The notes beneath the pieces are model-generated. The model had not been told where the DNA came from and did not search any database. It worked only from the letters and a program-made list of their open reading frames with translations. The translations under genes were made by a program, and so were the position numbers. Below, one piece after another: positions 47,505 through 61,336 of a stretch of 64,000 bases of DNA. The stretch is from assembly GCA_035221665.1 (NCBI GenBank), contig CM069132.1, positions 131,440,001 to 131,504,000 of the forward strand, read 5' to 3'. Positions within the stretch are counted from its first letter, which is position 1. The number at the start of each line of letters is the position of its first letter. This DNA is from Okamejei kenojei (lineage: Eukaryota).

Positions 47505-49055
47505 ATACCCAGCTTACACCCCAGCAGTATGAATATCGACTTCTCTGACTTGAAGTAACCTTTGCTTTCCCTCTCTCTCCATCCCTCCCCCTTCCCAGTT
47601 CTCCGACAGGCCTGACTGCCCCGAATTACATTTTATCTCTGGGATGTGCAGGAAGGAACTGCAGCCGTTTTATGCAACAAATTTGTGGGAAGGAACTGCA
47701 GCTGCTGGTTTAAACCGAAGAGAGACAAAATTCTGGAGTAACTCAGCGGATCAGGTAGCATCTCTGGAGAGAAGGAGAGAAGGAATGTATGACGTTTCAG
47801 GTCAACCCGAAAAGTCACCCAATCCTTTTCTCCAGCGATGCTGCTTGTCCAGCCGAGTAACTCAAGCATTTTGTGTCCATCTTACATTTTATCTGTTTGC
47901 TTTGTTGTTACCCTCTAGCTAACAATGATCTATTTGCCTTAATCTCCACCACCTTTGATGTCTCATTCTCACACCTTACACTTCCTTACCTCTGTATCTC
48001 CCCCTCCTCTCAGTCTGAAGAAGGGTCTCAACCCGAAAAGTCACCCATTCCTTCTCTCCAGAGATGCTGCCTGTGCTGCTCAGTTACTCCAGCATTTTGT
48101 GCCCACAAATGATGATCTGATCCAGGCTGGGGCAGTTCAACAAAGTTAGCATACAAATCAAAGCATGTTCCTATTCCTAAGTATTTGTGTCTAGCTTCAG
48201 TTTAAACCAGCATCTGCAGTTCCTTCCTTCACATCTTTGTAATTTAGTTTAGTTTAGAGATGCAGCACGGAAACAGACCATTCGGCCCACCAAATCTGCA
48301 TCGACCAGCGATCTACGCACTATCCCACACACTCGGGACAAATTACAATCTTATGCAGTCATTGGATTGTGGAAAAATATTTATCCGTGAAAGACAATAC
48401 CTCCATTTAACAGAAAAGATGCCACCTCCAAAGGTGCAGCAGATCTTTCCATACAGTCCATAACTCCCAGCCTGTTCTTTGGTTATGCGGAAAAAGACTG
48501 TAAACCAGAACCTTTCCAATGTCTGGGTTGAGACCCTTCTTTCATCTAAAGGGTCTAGACCCGAAGCATGGCCTGTTCCTTCTCTCCAGAGATGCTACCT
48601 GTCCCAGCATTTTGTGTCTATCTTCAGTGAAAACCAGCATCTGAAGTTCCTTCCTACACCTTTAAAATTACTGCTGACCCACGTCTGTTTAAATATTACA
48701 TCCAAGAGCATGTGAATCTATATATACTGAGGTGGTAAGTATCTAGCATCCCTAATGTTATTTTAAAGCGATAGCGAATTGCATGATGTGAAATCATTTT
48801 AAATTTAAGTGACTTATTTAAATGGAGTCAGACAGATCATCTATATTTAGTCGACAGCTGTTGGAGGCCACAGTTAACAGAAGAACAACAAACGACCATT
48901 GGAATGGGTGACGTTTTAGGTCGAGACCCTTCTTCAGAGTGGTTCAAAAGGATCTCGACCCGAAACGTCACCCTTTCCTTCTCTCCAGAGATGCTGCCTG
49001 TCCCGCTGAGTTACTCCAACTTTTCGTGTCTATCTTCGGTTTAAACTAGCATCCT
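47505..49055. repeat. Cluster of PLE-terminus derivatives (sense, antisense, palindromic) plus a SINE fragment
   Basis: Core copies at 48015(+), 48909-48936(-) and ~48945-48970(+); repeated GGAACTGCAG and GAGATGCTGCCTGTCCCGCTGAGTTACTCC. Confidence 0.8.
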
Positions 49056-50174
49056 AAACAACTATTAGAAGCGGTTATCAGGCAGATATAGTCAGTCATT
49101 TCTGAGTTGTTAAAACAAGATAAAAAGTATGTATGGTGTTGAAGTGTTTGGTGCCCCAGTTTAATAGCAGCAAGCAGTTAAAAGGTCTTAAGAAGCTGCC
49201 AAGAGCTTGCCAAATGACCAGAAATAGCTGCCCATTAAGCGTTAGCAACACCTTTGCAACGGAGTGGCAAATGGGAGGTGATGTTTCCCCAGTTTAGGCA
49301 CTATCCAGAATAAGCATGGATGAAGTAAGTGGTAACACTCTGCATCATTGCTCATATACATAGGTTGTGTGCGACATCTCCAGGGATAATGATCAAAAAA
49401 GATCAGCTTAGCAAGCAGTCACTCTATCCATCATGCCTGCTCAACAAAGGAGCTGCAAGATGTGTCGCATTCCTCTGTTCTCTCAGCTTCTGGCCATCCT
49501 CAGGTCAACGTACATACCACTAACAAATGGAGAGCAGTCCTGAACTACCATCTACCTCATCAGAGACCCTCGGACTGTCCTTGATCGGACTTTACCTTCC
49601 ACTAGTATTACCCTCATCACATATCTGTACGTTGTGGATTGTAATCATGTATTGTCTTTCCGCTGACATGTTAACACGGAATAAAAGCTTTTCACTGTAC
49701 ATCTGTGCAAGTGACATTAAACTAAACAGTTTTATTTGTATAGGAAGGAACTGTATATACTGGTTTAAACCGAAGATAGACACAAAATGCTGGAGTTACT
49801 CAGCGGGACAGGCAGCATCTCAGATGCTGCCTGTCCCACTAAGTAACTCCCGCATTTTGTGTCTATCAAGTTTATTTTCTACATTCCCTTTAAAAGTCGG
49901 TCATTTAGTTACAATGCCTCTTCCTGATTTTTTTCCAAGGAAGATGGATTACTTGAAACTTCTAATGTTCACTGCTTCTGGTTGAGTGATTTCCATCTTT
50001 CTAAAGTCCCTTGGCTCTTCTCCCGAACATACTTACCTTTCATAAAGTAGCCATTTGGCCGATTTGGTCCATGTCAGCTCCCAACAGAGCAAGCTGCTAA
50101 TTTCCGTTGCCCTCTTTTCCCTGCATGTCAGAATCTTATTATCAGATTATTAGATCAGTCTGAAGAAAGGTCTC

Positions 50175-50444
50175 AATAGACAATAGGTGCAGGAGTAGGC
50201 CATTTGGCCCTTCGAGCCAGCACCACCATTCAATGTGATCATGGCTGATCATCCCCAATCAGTACCCCGTTCCTGCCTTCTCCCCATATCCCCTGACTCC
50301 GCTATTCTTAAGAGCCCTATCTAGCTCTCTCTTGAAAGCATCCAGAGAACCTGCCTCCACCACCCTCTGAGGCAGAGAATTCCACAGACTCGCCACTCTC
50401 TGTGAGAAAAAGTGTTTCCTCGACTCCGTTACCGAATGAGTAAC
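50175..50444 (-). mobile_element. CR1 subfamily C 3' fragment inserted into a PLE-terminus core
   Basis: ORF 50259-50468(-) RKHFFSQRVASLWNSLPQ; GTCTC TSD at 50170-50174 and 50445-50449. Confidence 0.9.
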
Positions 50445-51337
50445 GTCTCGACCTGAGACGTTACCCATTCCTTATCTCCAGATGTGTTGCCTGTCCCGCT
50501 GAGCTACTCCGGCATTTTGTGTCTATCTTCGATTTAAACCAGCATCTGTTCTTTCCTACACAGCCCAACTCCCGTCTGATTCTTTTTGCCACATACCTAC
50601 ACTAAATGGCAATTTACAATCTGCAATTAACACCACCAGCAAATCTGTGGGACACCAGAGCAACACGGAGAAGCCCCCACAGCAACGCAGAGAAAACACA
50701 CAGACCACAGCCAAGGACAAGATTATCCCCAGGCACTCTGGAGCTATGAGGCAGCGGCACTAACTACAATGCAGCCCTGTCACAAACATCGAAATCACAA
50801 CCTCTATAACTCGGTCATTAATATACAATCTGGTATAGCAGTGACCCTAATATGTTGCCATGGTGCTTAAAGACTGACCACGAAAAAAAGTGTTATTAAA
50901 TCACCTTCACTAAAATAGACCAACTCTCAACATGTTTATTCATGCATCAAGGACAGCAAAACTGAACCCACTGCATAAAGTAGAGATCAGGCCACTGCTG
51001 CTCCAAGACACATCAACAATCCCCTTCAACTCTGCCTCTTCAGTCATCTCAAGGTGTGGGGGTGGGGGCAATTTTTGAAATATTTCAGGGACTGACCTTT
51101 GTATTTTTGAAGGAATTCTAGAATTAGCATATGTGAAGAGCAACATGCTAACCTCCACTGGTTACTGTTGTTGCTATGGAGCCCATCACTGATACGAACA
51201 ATAGGCCCGCACATTCAATAGGAATGGGCTATTCTCCAACTTATCTTAAAACTGATTGGTGGACAACTCTTTGGGAGTGTCACGAGTTTCACTCGTTAAA
51301 CCCTCATTCCCTTAAAAATACGGTAATTTCCAAGTAG

Positions 51338-51752
51338 ACTTTAAACATAGAGTGCAGAAACAGGCCCTTCAGCCCACACGTCCATGCTGACCAGCAAACA
51401 TCCCCAACACTAACACTATTCTGCACACGAGGGACAATTTTACAACTTTACCAAAGCCAATTAACCTATAAACCTGAACATCTTTGGAGGGTGGGAGGAA
51501 ACTGAAGAACCTGGTCACCGGGAGAATGTACAAACTTCGTACAGACAGCACCCGTGGTCAGGATCGAACCCGGGTCTCTGGTGATGCAAGGCAGCAACTC
51601 TACAGCTGCGCCACTGTGCCACCCCTTTTACCTACATAGTTACAGGGAGATCATGTAAACTCCACACAGACAGCCCCCGAGGTCACGATTGAACCCGAGT
51701 CTCTGGCGGTGTGTGGCAGCAACTCTACCGCTGTGCCACTGTGCTGTCCCCA
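51338..51752 (-). mobile_element. tRNA SINE with a second tandem SINE head
   Basis: GGATCGAACCCGGGTCTCTGG (51561) and GATTGAACCCGAGTCTCTGG (51687), each followed by GGCAGCAACTCTAC..GCCACTGTGC. Confidence 0.82.
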
Positions 51753-52828
51753 AATACACGAGTACCACTCAAGTATATTCAGCTCTTTCCCAAATGAGCA
51801 CGATTCAAAATCCTAAATTTCCCATGTTCATTAAAATACACAATTTAATCCAACATTGAGTGTACAAACATAGAAAATAGGTGCAGGAGAAGGCCATTCA
51901 GCCCTTTGACCCAGCACCGTCATTCGTTATGATCATGGCTGGTCATCTAAAATCAGTACCCTGTTCCTGCTTTCTCCCCTTATCCCTTGATTCCTTTAGC
52001 CCTAAGAGCTAAATCTAACGTATAGGGTCTTTCTTTAAAAAATGCTATGAATTGCATTTACATAAACATGAATGAAAAGTATAGCGATTAAGGTGATTCC
52101 CAAAACATTCTGATGTAAAATTGGAGACCATCCCAAAAATAATTTGACTTTGTTTTTATATCAAAGACAAAACAAAAATCAGAAGACGAGAACTTGGCAG
52201 TTATATGAACTTGATTAAACAGTATTTTTATTTTCTTATAATTTCAAGAGACTATTTTAGGTAAATATTTCAGATTTCAGAATTGCGCAAAATGAGAGGT
52301 AGATAATGTATCAATGGTAGTATACATCAATATAATTAACTGTCAATGAAAAGCCATGCACAAGCCAATGCATTAAACTTCTGCTTTATACAAATAGGTA
52401 GTTAAATTTATAGAAGCAAACAGAAAAATACAAGTTCAGTCTTCTTGGGTCAAGTGCTCCACTTTAAAAGGTTTTCAACCAATTATTTTTTGATTAACAA
52501 TGAAATTTTTGGCCCACTTGGGACAAAAATCAACAGTTGCCAATTAGAATAAAAGGCACTCGTCTAGCATATGGCTATATTAACCAAACACTGCTAAGGA
52601 AACTGGGCAAGTATCTCTCATTTCATTAACTTAAGTTTAGATCCATTTGCAAATCATTTTGTTTCTCCGCCGACTTACTTCTACACAAGGGATCATTCTG
52701 CCTCAGATGTCTGCACAGCCCCAGTAGAGCAATCCGATTCCCTCTTATTTCCTTGTATCCCTGCAACTTATTTTCCCTCACTCCCAATTTTTTTTAAAAA
52801 CCACTTAGGGCCAATTAACCTACCAGCA

Positions 52829-53118
52829 AGTTTAATTTAGTTTAGAAATACAGCACGGAAACAGGCCCTTCGGCCCACCAAGACCGTGCCAACCAGCGAT
52901 CCCCATCCTACACACAATAAACACAATTTAATCACACCACATAGCCTACAAACCTGCGCATCTTTGGAATGTGGGAGAAAACCAGACATCCCGAAGAAAA
53001 CCCGCGCAGGTCATAGGGAGAACCTATAGACTCTGTACAGACAAGCACCCAAAGTCAGGAATGATCCCGGGTCCCTGGCACTATAAGGCAGCAACACTAC
53101 CACAGCGCCACCATGCCT
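52829..53118 (-). mobile_element. tRNA-derived SINE
   Basis: Same family, antisense. Confidence 0.85.
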
Positions 53119-53329
53119 CCCAGTCTTCAGGATGAGGGAGCAAACCAGAGCAATTGGCAGATACTCACCTTCTCAAGGAGAACGTACAAAATCAATACAG
53201 ACAGCATCTGGAGGTCTCGCTTCTGGAGCAAAGAGGCAGCAATGCAAACTTCTTCAGCTCCGTACCACCCTATATTAATATAAGTGTAGCATGCTTGGTT
53301 TATACTAATCAAATTAACCCAGTAAGTAA

Positions 53330-53708
53330 TGTGTAGGAGGAACTGCAGATGCTGGTTTATACCGAAGATAGACACGGAATGTTGGAGTAACATAGCGGGT
53401 CAGGCAGCATCTCTGGAGAAAAAGAATAGGTGACGTTTTGCGTTGGAATCCTTCTTCAGAGTGAATAATAGAGAAGGTCTGAACAAATCAGGCCTCGCAA
53501 CAGATGACCTCAGGATGGATGGGGTTGGCTTCCTCAGCCAACAATGGACCATTATGGATTACAACCATCCTGACGTCATATGTTACCTGGTTTTGTTCTA
53601 GCCTTCTCTATTTTCAGTCTGAAAAAGGGCTCTGACCCAAAAGGTCATCCTATTCTTTTTCTCCAGAGATGCTGTCTGGCCAGTTATTCCAGCATTTTGT
53701 GTCCATTT
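53330..53708. repeat. Inverted PLE-terminus pair
   Basis: Antisense core 53432-53459 and sense core ~53619-53648 with mirrored CAGCATCTCTGGAGAAAAAGAATAGG arms. Confidence 0.8.
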
Positions 53709-54502
53709 CCAGTAAGTAGTGTGATTTCTTTACAAATTCCTACCACAGGTGCATGCCACCATTCACAAAAAATATTCAAAGCCTTATCTTCATGATTCCT
53801 GTGCTTATCTAACAGGGATTTCTGATAGCTAGAAGAACGGCGATCAGATTTGTGCAGAGAACAACGGGACGTACTTGAAAGGTCAAAGCCAGTTGAATAG
53901 CAGACAGGTATTAATAAACAATGCACAAAGTTATTTAAGTGTGTTCGAGCTTTGTAACTCGCAAATTCCAGACTTTCTTGTTGCATCTTTCCTTATCAAG
54001 GGCCTCACTCATTTGGCCATCCAACAAGATAAGACGTTGGCCAACACCACAAATGTCACATTCCAAATGGCTTCCACTGACAACCCGACTTAATGAGCTT
54101 TAATAGCAGCCCATAATAAACCCAGAACTTGAAGGATAGCAGAGCTTTAAAAATAAAACATTTACTCATTTGGACCTTGCGGCAAAACTATTAAAAATAA
54201 AATCACCCATCAATCTATAATAAAACACATTTAGTTAAATCGATGAAATAGCCAAAGTTTCACAAGAGCAAAATATCCCATTAAGATTTGACAAACAAGT
54301 CGCCCTGAATAAATAGGAACTCCATATGCTTAGCACTTATTCCCGAGCTTGCGATTTAAAGGTCAGACTCGCATTCCTGTCGCCTTCCACTGTTGCCATT
54401 TCCAATTGGAGAGCTGATCTATTTGCATACATTTTATAAGGATATTCTTAGGAATACAAAGAATTGCAAGGCAGACAGTACATTTCCCCAAAGTTCACCA
54501 CT

Positions 54503-55244
54503 CAGGCACCGAGGTAGAATTGCTGTCTTACAGCATCAGAGACCTGGGTTCGATCCTGACTCTGGGTGTTGTCCGTACAGAGTTTTATATGTTCTCCCTG
54601 TGATCACGTGGGTTTTCTCCAAGCTCTTTGCTTTCCTCCTGCACTCCAAAGACATACAGGTTTGTAGGTTAATTGGCTTGATATAAATGTAATTCATCCC
54701 TAGTGTGTTTAGGATAGTTTTAATGTGCGGAGATCACTGGTGGGCGCAGACTCAGTAGACTGAAGGGCCCATTTCCACACTGTTTCTCAGTCTAAAGTAA
54801 ACTAAACCTCCTTTAGCTGATAGATACTGTAAAAGTAGCAGCAAAGTTATTGTTGAGCTTCCATTAATGCAATTTTATCAATCTACCCAAAGTAAGTAAT
54901 CCTCTTTGAATGTTTGAAAATCCCTTATCATGCAAAACATATTCCACCCAGAGGTGGCACAGTGGTAGATTTGCTGCCTTACTGCGCTGGAGACCCGGGT
55001 TCGATCATGACTATGGGTGCTCTCTGTACAGAGTTTGTACATTCTCCCTGTGACCTGCATGGGTTTTCTTCGGGATATCCGGTTTCCTCCCACACTTAGA
55101 TATACAGGTTTAAAGGCTAATTGGCTTGGTATTGTTATAAATTGTCTCCAGTGTGTGTAGGATAGAGTTATTGTGTGGGGGTCATTGGTCTGGATGGATT
55201 TGTTGGGCCCAAGGCCCTGTTTCCATGTTGCATTGCTAAATTAA
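54503..55244 (+). mobile_element. Two tRNA-derived SINE copies (54503-54806, 54951-55244)
   Basis: B-boxes GGTTCGATCC and GGTTCGATCA, TTTCCTCC core, TAAA tails. Confidence 0.85.
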
Positions 55245-58200
55245 ATGTACAGTCAAATCCACTTGCATTTAGCATAGAATGATAGCAAGGCTTGAGTTAA
55301 CATACACACACACCCCTCCGTCCACCTTCATTTAGTTTGATCATTTCCGACCGAGACAGATAGGAGATTTGGGAATTGGAAAATTTGAATGAAATCAAGG
55401 AAGAAATTGACATAAGCCTTATATATATGAGATATTGACATATGCGTCCTTTAATTCAGCAATCAATTAGCTGGCAAAATTACCTCTTTCTTATTTCTCA
55501 GTTTGAATGGTTTTGCCTTGTTTCTACCTGACCTACCTATGCCATCACTGCCATTAACTATGAGATTGTGATGCAATAAAACTAATGTTCACTGTACTTG
55601 CCTTCTATTCGATGACCTCTTATAAACCCTGCTCTCTCTTTGCAGGCATCTGGTCACTTGCCAATAACGATGTCTCATATCGAAACCACGAACCAAGAAG
55701 TCACCTTTAGTTCATCCCAGTGACTCCAGACAGCCAAGCAGTGTGTACTTTAAAAAATACCATTAATGACTCTGTACACAAACAATTAAAACAAAAAGAA
55801 TGGCAAAAGTTATAACTGGCTCAACATTTTGGGTGGTTTTCAATAATGGTCGCGAAAACTACTGCATCAGTCCAACACTCCAAAATCAACTCTATGTTGT
55901 CCTGGCATTCATCAGACCTCATGCAACAGTTTCCTTTGATAACTTGCAGCCGTTTTATTTGGCAGCATTTTCAATGTTATCTCCTGACAGCCAGTTTTAA
56001 ACAAGCCTCTGATATCCCACATGCTTGCAGCACCAGGAACTTGTTTTCTCAGCTCATTCTGTGGCAACAGTCCGAGACACATCACATAAATGGTGATCTG
56101 TGCCATCACCTTGGATAGATACCAAATGGTGGAGCAACTCAGCGGGACAGGCAACATCTCTGGAGAGAAGGAATTCTTGATTAGTACGGGTGTCAGGGAT
56201 TATGGGGAGAAGGCAGGAGAATGGAGTTAGGAGAGAGAGAGAGAGAGATACATCAGCCATGATTGAACGGAGGAGTAGGCTTGATGGGCCGAATGGCCTA
56301 ATTCGACCCCTATCACTTACGATCTTATATGAATGGGTGATGTTTCGGGCCCAGACTCTTCTTCAGACCGAGAGTCAGGGGAGAGGGAGAGTAGAGATAT
56401 GGAAGGGTATGGTGTAATAACAACAGATCACAGAAGATTAATGTTCATGGAAATCATAACCACCTTGATCTCTTTTGCTTCGATTCTTTCGTCTTCATGC
56501 TACCAATTAGGTAGCACAGTTACACAGAATTACGATGCCTCCAATTCTATTGTTTACTCGAGGAATGAAGTGAAACAGTTTTGACTCTCATTATGCAAAC
56601 CTCTGTAAATACGAGGCTTCAAAATGACCACAAGTGCTCTACCAAATCTTCATATTTTCTTTGCTCTTTTTGCTCAACTTTTATTTTGTACCTACATTTA
56701 TTATGTTCAATCGAGCAAGAAATTATTGCTTTAAAAGAAAAAAAATCACTGATCATGGTGAATCATCTAGTAAGAATTTCATTGTTCCATTTTCGGGACA
56801 AATTAAAATGATACATTCTTGACGAGGCAGTTTGGACAAAAAGTAGCAGCAATGTAGCAGCAAATTGAAAGCAAATTTATCAATGTTTTACAATTTGTTC
56901 CAGCATTGATCCTTGTTGGGCTTGCCACTTCCTTCAACCCAGTTCTTCACCATGGTTGGTGCATTGCTTCAAGAACTCTGGAAGTATCGTCAAGGATGGC
57001 CTTCCACCTTGGCCATTTCCTTTCCTCGCTTCGAACTTCTGGGAGAACAAACCACAGCACCATAGCATTGATTTCCCGACTAAAGAACAGCGACCTGAAC
57101 AGATCACTTCTTTCACACACCCTTTTTTGTGTACCCTCGATTCTCCAGCATCTGCAGTTCCTTCTTTAAAACTTCTTTCACACACCCTTTTCTGGAGATG
57201 CTATCGTGCACTCTTGCCCTTAACTCTACCTCATTCAGTTATTCTGTTATTGTATTTCAGTATTTTTTTGCACTTTTTAATATTGCACTACAATACTACT
57301 CTTTTGTATTCATTATAGCATCTATCATTATCACAAGGTCCTTCTGCACGTCCCAACTTGTCCATGCTGACCAAGGAGCCGACACTAATTCCATGACCTG
57401 CATATGGCCCATATCCTTCTAAATCTTTCCAAGGAATTTTACTGCACCCTAATGTATAAGACAGTACATTAATCTAAACATGATGTAGAATTGTCAGCCT
57501 CTCTCAAGCAAGCAGACATTTACAAGCATGGCACACTATTTGACCATAGGGGAATGCAAGGGAGATGGATGAACTGCATAACGCTTCACTTTTACATGCC
57601 CCCCCACCCAAAAAAAAAATCAGTTAGCATGAAAAGCCTCAATAAACATTATGCATTCAGTTAAAGTGCTTCCTCCACAAGTGGTCAAATTGGAGTTCCT
57701 CAGCACCAGGGTTTCACACAAATCCACTCAGCTTTCCAACTGTTTGATCTCATACATGTGAAATATAATGTTCACAAACTAGAATTGGGGTAGATTGTCA
57801 CCTCAGCCCTTAACATACTCATCATATAGCTATTAATGATTATGATATAGTTGGGATCACGGAGACATGGCTCCAGGGTGACCAAGGCTGGGAGCTGAAC
57901 ATCCAAGGATATTAAATATTCAGGAGGGATAGAGAGAAAGGAAAAGGAGGTGGGGTAGCGTTGCTGGTTAGAGAGGAGATTAACGCAATGGAAAGGAAGG
58001 ACATTAGATTGGAGGATGTGGAATCGGTATGGGTAGAGCTGCGAAACACTAAGGGGCAGAAAACTGGTGGGTGTTGTGTACAGGCCACCTAACAGTAGTA
58101 GCGAAGTTGGGGATGGTATCAAACAGGAAATTAGAAATGCGTGTGACAAAGGCAAAACAGTAATAGTGGGTGAATTCAATCTACATATCAATTGGGTGAA

Positions 58201-58570
58201 TCAAATTGGCAGGGGTGCTGAGGAAGAGGATTTTTGGAATGTATGCGGGATAGTTATCTAAATCAACATGTAGAGGAACCAACGAGGAAGCAGGCTATTT
58301 TAGACTGGGTTTTGAGTAATGAGGAAGGGGTACTTAGCAGTCTTGTTGTATGTGCCCCCTTGGGCAAGAGTGACCATAATATGGTCGAGTTCTTCATTAG
58401 GATGGAGAGTGGCATTGTTAATTCAGAAACAATGGTTCTGAAATTAAAGAAAGGTAACTTTGAGGGTATGAGACGTGAATTGGCCAAGATTGACTGGCAA
58501 TTAATTCTAAAAGGGTTGACGGTGGATATGCAATGGAAGGCATTTAAAGAATGGAAGGCATTTAAAGAAT

Positions 58571-59712
58571 TAGTATACAAACTTAAAGCATACGGTATTA
58601 GGGGTTCAGTATTGATGTGGATAGAGAACTGGCTGGCAAACAGGAAGCAAAGAGTAGGAGTAAATGGGTCCTTTTCACAATGGCAGGCAGTAACTAGTGG
58701 GGTACCGCAGGGCTCAGTGCTGGGACCCCAGCTATTTACAATATATATTAATGATCTGGATGAGGGAATTGAAGGCAATATCTCCAAGTTTGCGGATGAC
58801 ACTAAGCTGGGGGGCAGTGTTCGCTGTGAGGAGGATGCTAGGAGACTGCAAGGTGACTTGGATAGGCTGGGTGAGTGGGCAAATGTTTGGCAGATGCAGT
58901 ATAATGTGGATAAATGTGAGGTTTTCCACTTTGGTGGCAAAAACAGGAAAGCAGACTATTATTTAAATGGTGGCCGATTAGGAAAAGGGGAGATGCAGCG
59001 AGACCTGGGTGTCATGGTACACCAGTCATTGAAAGTAGGCATGCAGGTGCAGCAGGCAGTGAAAAAAAGCGAATGGTATGTTAGCTTTCATAGCAAAAGG
59101 ATTTGAGTACAGGAGCAGGGAGTTCTACTTCAGTTGTACAGGGTCTTGGTGAGACCACACCTGGAGTATTGCGTGCAGTTTTGGTCTCCAAATCTGAGGA
59201 AGGACATTATTGCCATAGAGGGAGTGCAGAGAAGGTTCACCAGACTGATTCCTGGGATGTCAGGACTGTCTTATGAAGAAAGACTGGATAGACTCGGTTT
59301 ATACTCTCTGGAATTTAGGAGATTAAGAGGGGATCTTATAGAAACTTACAAAATTCTTAAGGGGTTGGACAGGCTAGATGCAGGAAGATTGTTCCCGATG
59401 TTGGGGAAGTCCAGGACAAGGGGTCACAGCTTAAGGATAAGGGGGAAATCCTTTAAGACCGAGATGAGAAAGACTTTCTTCACACAGAGAGTGGTGAGTC
59501 TCTGGAACTCTCTGCCACAGAGGGTAGTTGAGGCCAGTTCATTGGCTATATTTAAGAGTGAGTTGGATGTGGCCCTTGTGGCTAAGGGGATCAGAGGGTA
59601 TGGAGAGAGAGCAGGTACGGATACTGAGTTGGATGATCAGCCATGATCATATTGAATGGCGGTGCAGGCTCGAAGGGCTGAATGGCCTACTCCTGCACCT
59701 AGTTTCTGTGTT
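58571..59712 (+). mobile_element. 5'-truncated CR1 subfamily B copy nested in the same-family host
   Basis: Duplicates 60661-61940. The host frame WKAFKE resumes as CMDELQK at 59713; AAT is present on both sides. Confidence 0.88.
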
Positions 59713-61205
59713 AATGCATGGATGAACTACAAAAATTGTTCATCCCAGTTTGGCAAAAGAATAAATCGGAGAAGGTAGTGCATCCGTGGATAACAAGGGA
59801 AATCAGGGATAGTATCAAAGCAAAGGATGATGCATACAAAGTAGCCAGGAAAAGCAGCATACCAGAGGACTGGGAGAAATTCAGAGACCAGCAGAGGAGG
59901 ACAAAGGGCTTAATTAGGAAAGGAAAAATAGATTATGAAAGAAAACTGGCAGGGAACATAAAAACTGACTGCAAAAGTTTTTATAAATATGTGCAGAGAA
60001 AGAGATTAGTTAAAACAAATGTAGGTCCCTTGCAGTCAGAAACTGGTGAGTTGATCATGGGGAACAAGGATATGGCGGACCAATTGAATAACTACTTTGG
60101 TTCCGTCTTCACTAAGGAAGACATAAATAATCTGCCGGAACTAGCAGGGGACCACGGGTCAAAGGAGGAATTGAGTGAAATCCAGGTTAGTCGGGAAGTG
60201 GTGTTGGGTAAATTGAATGGATTAAAGGCCGATAAATCCCCAGGGCCAGATAGGCTGCATCCCAGAGTACTTAAGGAAGTAGCTCCAGAGATAGTGGATG
60301 CATTAGTGATAATCTTTCAAAACTCTTTTGATTCTGGAGTAGTTCCTGAGGATTGGCAGGTAGCAAATGTAAACCCTCTTTTTAAGAAGGGAGGGAGAGA
60401 GAAAACGGGGAATTACAGACCAGTTAATCTAACATCGGTAGTGGGGAAACTGCTAGAGTCAGTTATTAAAGATGGGATAGCAGCACATTTGGAAAGTGGT
60501 GAAATCATTGGACAAAGTCAGCATGGATTTACGAAAGGTAAATCATGTCTGACGAATCTTGTGGAATTTTTCGAGGGTGTAACTAGTAGCGTGGATAGGG
60601 GAGAACCAGTGGATGTGGTGCATCTGGATTTCCAGAAGGACAAGGTCCCACATAAGAGATTAGTATACAAACTTAAAGCATACGGCATTGGGGGTTCAGT
60701 ATCAATGTGGATAGAAAACTTGCTGGCAAACAGGAAGCAAAGAGTAGAAGTAAACGGGTCGTTTTCACAATGTCAGGTAGTGACTAGTGGGGTACCACAA
60801 GGCTCAGTGCTGGGACCCCAGCTATTTACAATATATATTAATGATCTGGATGAGGGAATTGAAGGCAATATCTCCAAGTTTGCGGATGACACTAAGCTGG
60901 GGGGCAGTGTTAGCTGTGAGGAGTTTGCTAGGAGACTGCAAGGTGACTTGGATAGGCAGGGTGAGTGGGCAAATGTTTGGCAGATGCAGTATAATGTGGA
61001 TAAATGTGAGGTTATCCACTTTGGTGGCAAAAACAGGAAAGCAGACTATTATCTAAATGGTGGCCAATTAGGAAAAGGGGAGATGCAGCGAGATCTGAGT
61101 GTCATGGTACACCAGTCATTGAAAGTAGACATGCAGGTGCAGCAGGCAGTGAAGAAAGCGAATGGTATGTTAGCTTTCATGGCAAAAGGATTTGAGTATA
61201 GGAGC

Positions 61206-61336
61206 AGTGTTAAAGAAGGAACTGCAGATGCTGGAGAATCGAGGATACACAAAAGGCTGGAGAAACTCAGAGGGTGCAGCAGCATCTAAGGAGCGAAGGA
61301 GATAGGCGACGTTTCGGGTCGAGACCCTTCTTTTTC
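61206..61336 (-). mobile_element. 131-bp PLE terminal fragment inserted in the CR1
   Basis: Reverse complement of ~14246-14367; TSD AGTATAGGAGC at 61195-61205 and 61337-61347. Confidence 0.92.

Noticed and set aside
2107-55244. tRNA-like heads with A and B boxes as tRNA genes
   Set aside because: Each continues into the same SINE body and TAAAC tail, with no complete cloverleaf.
59718-61289. 523-aa ORF as a domesticated or active RT gene
   Set aside because: Internal CR1 ORF2 piece bounded by two insertions; its DFxKAFD motif has lost residues (DFQKDK) and the downstream part is disrupted.
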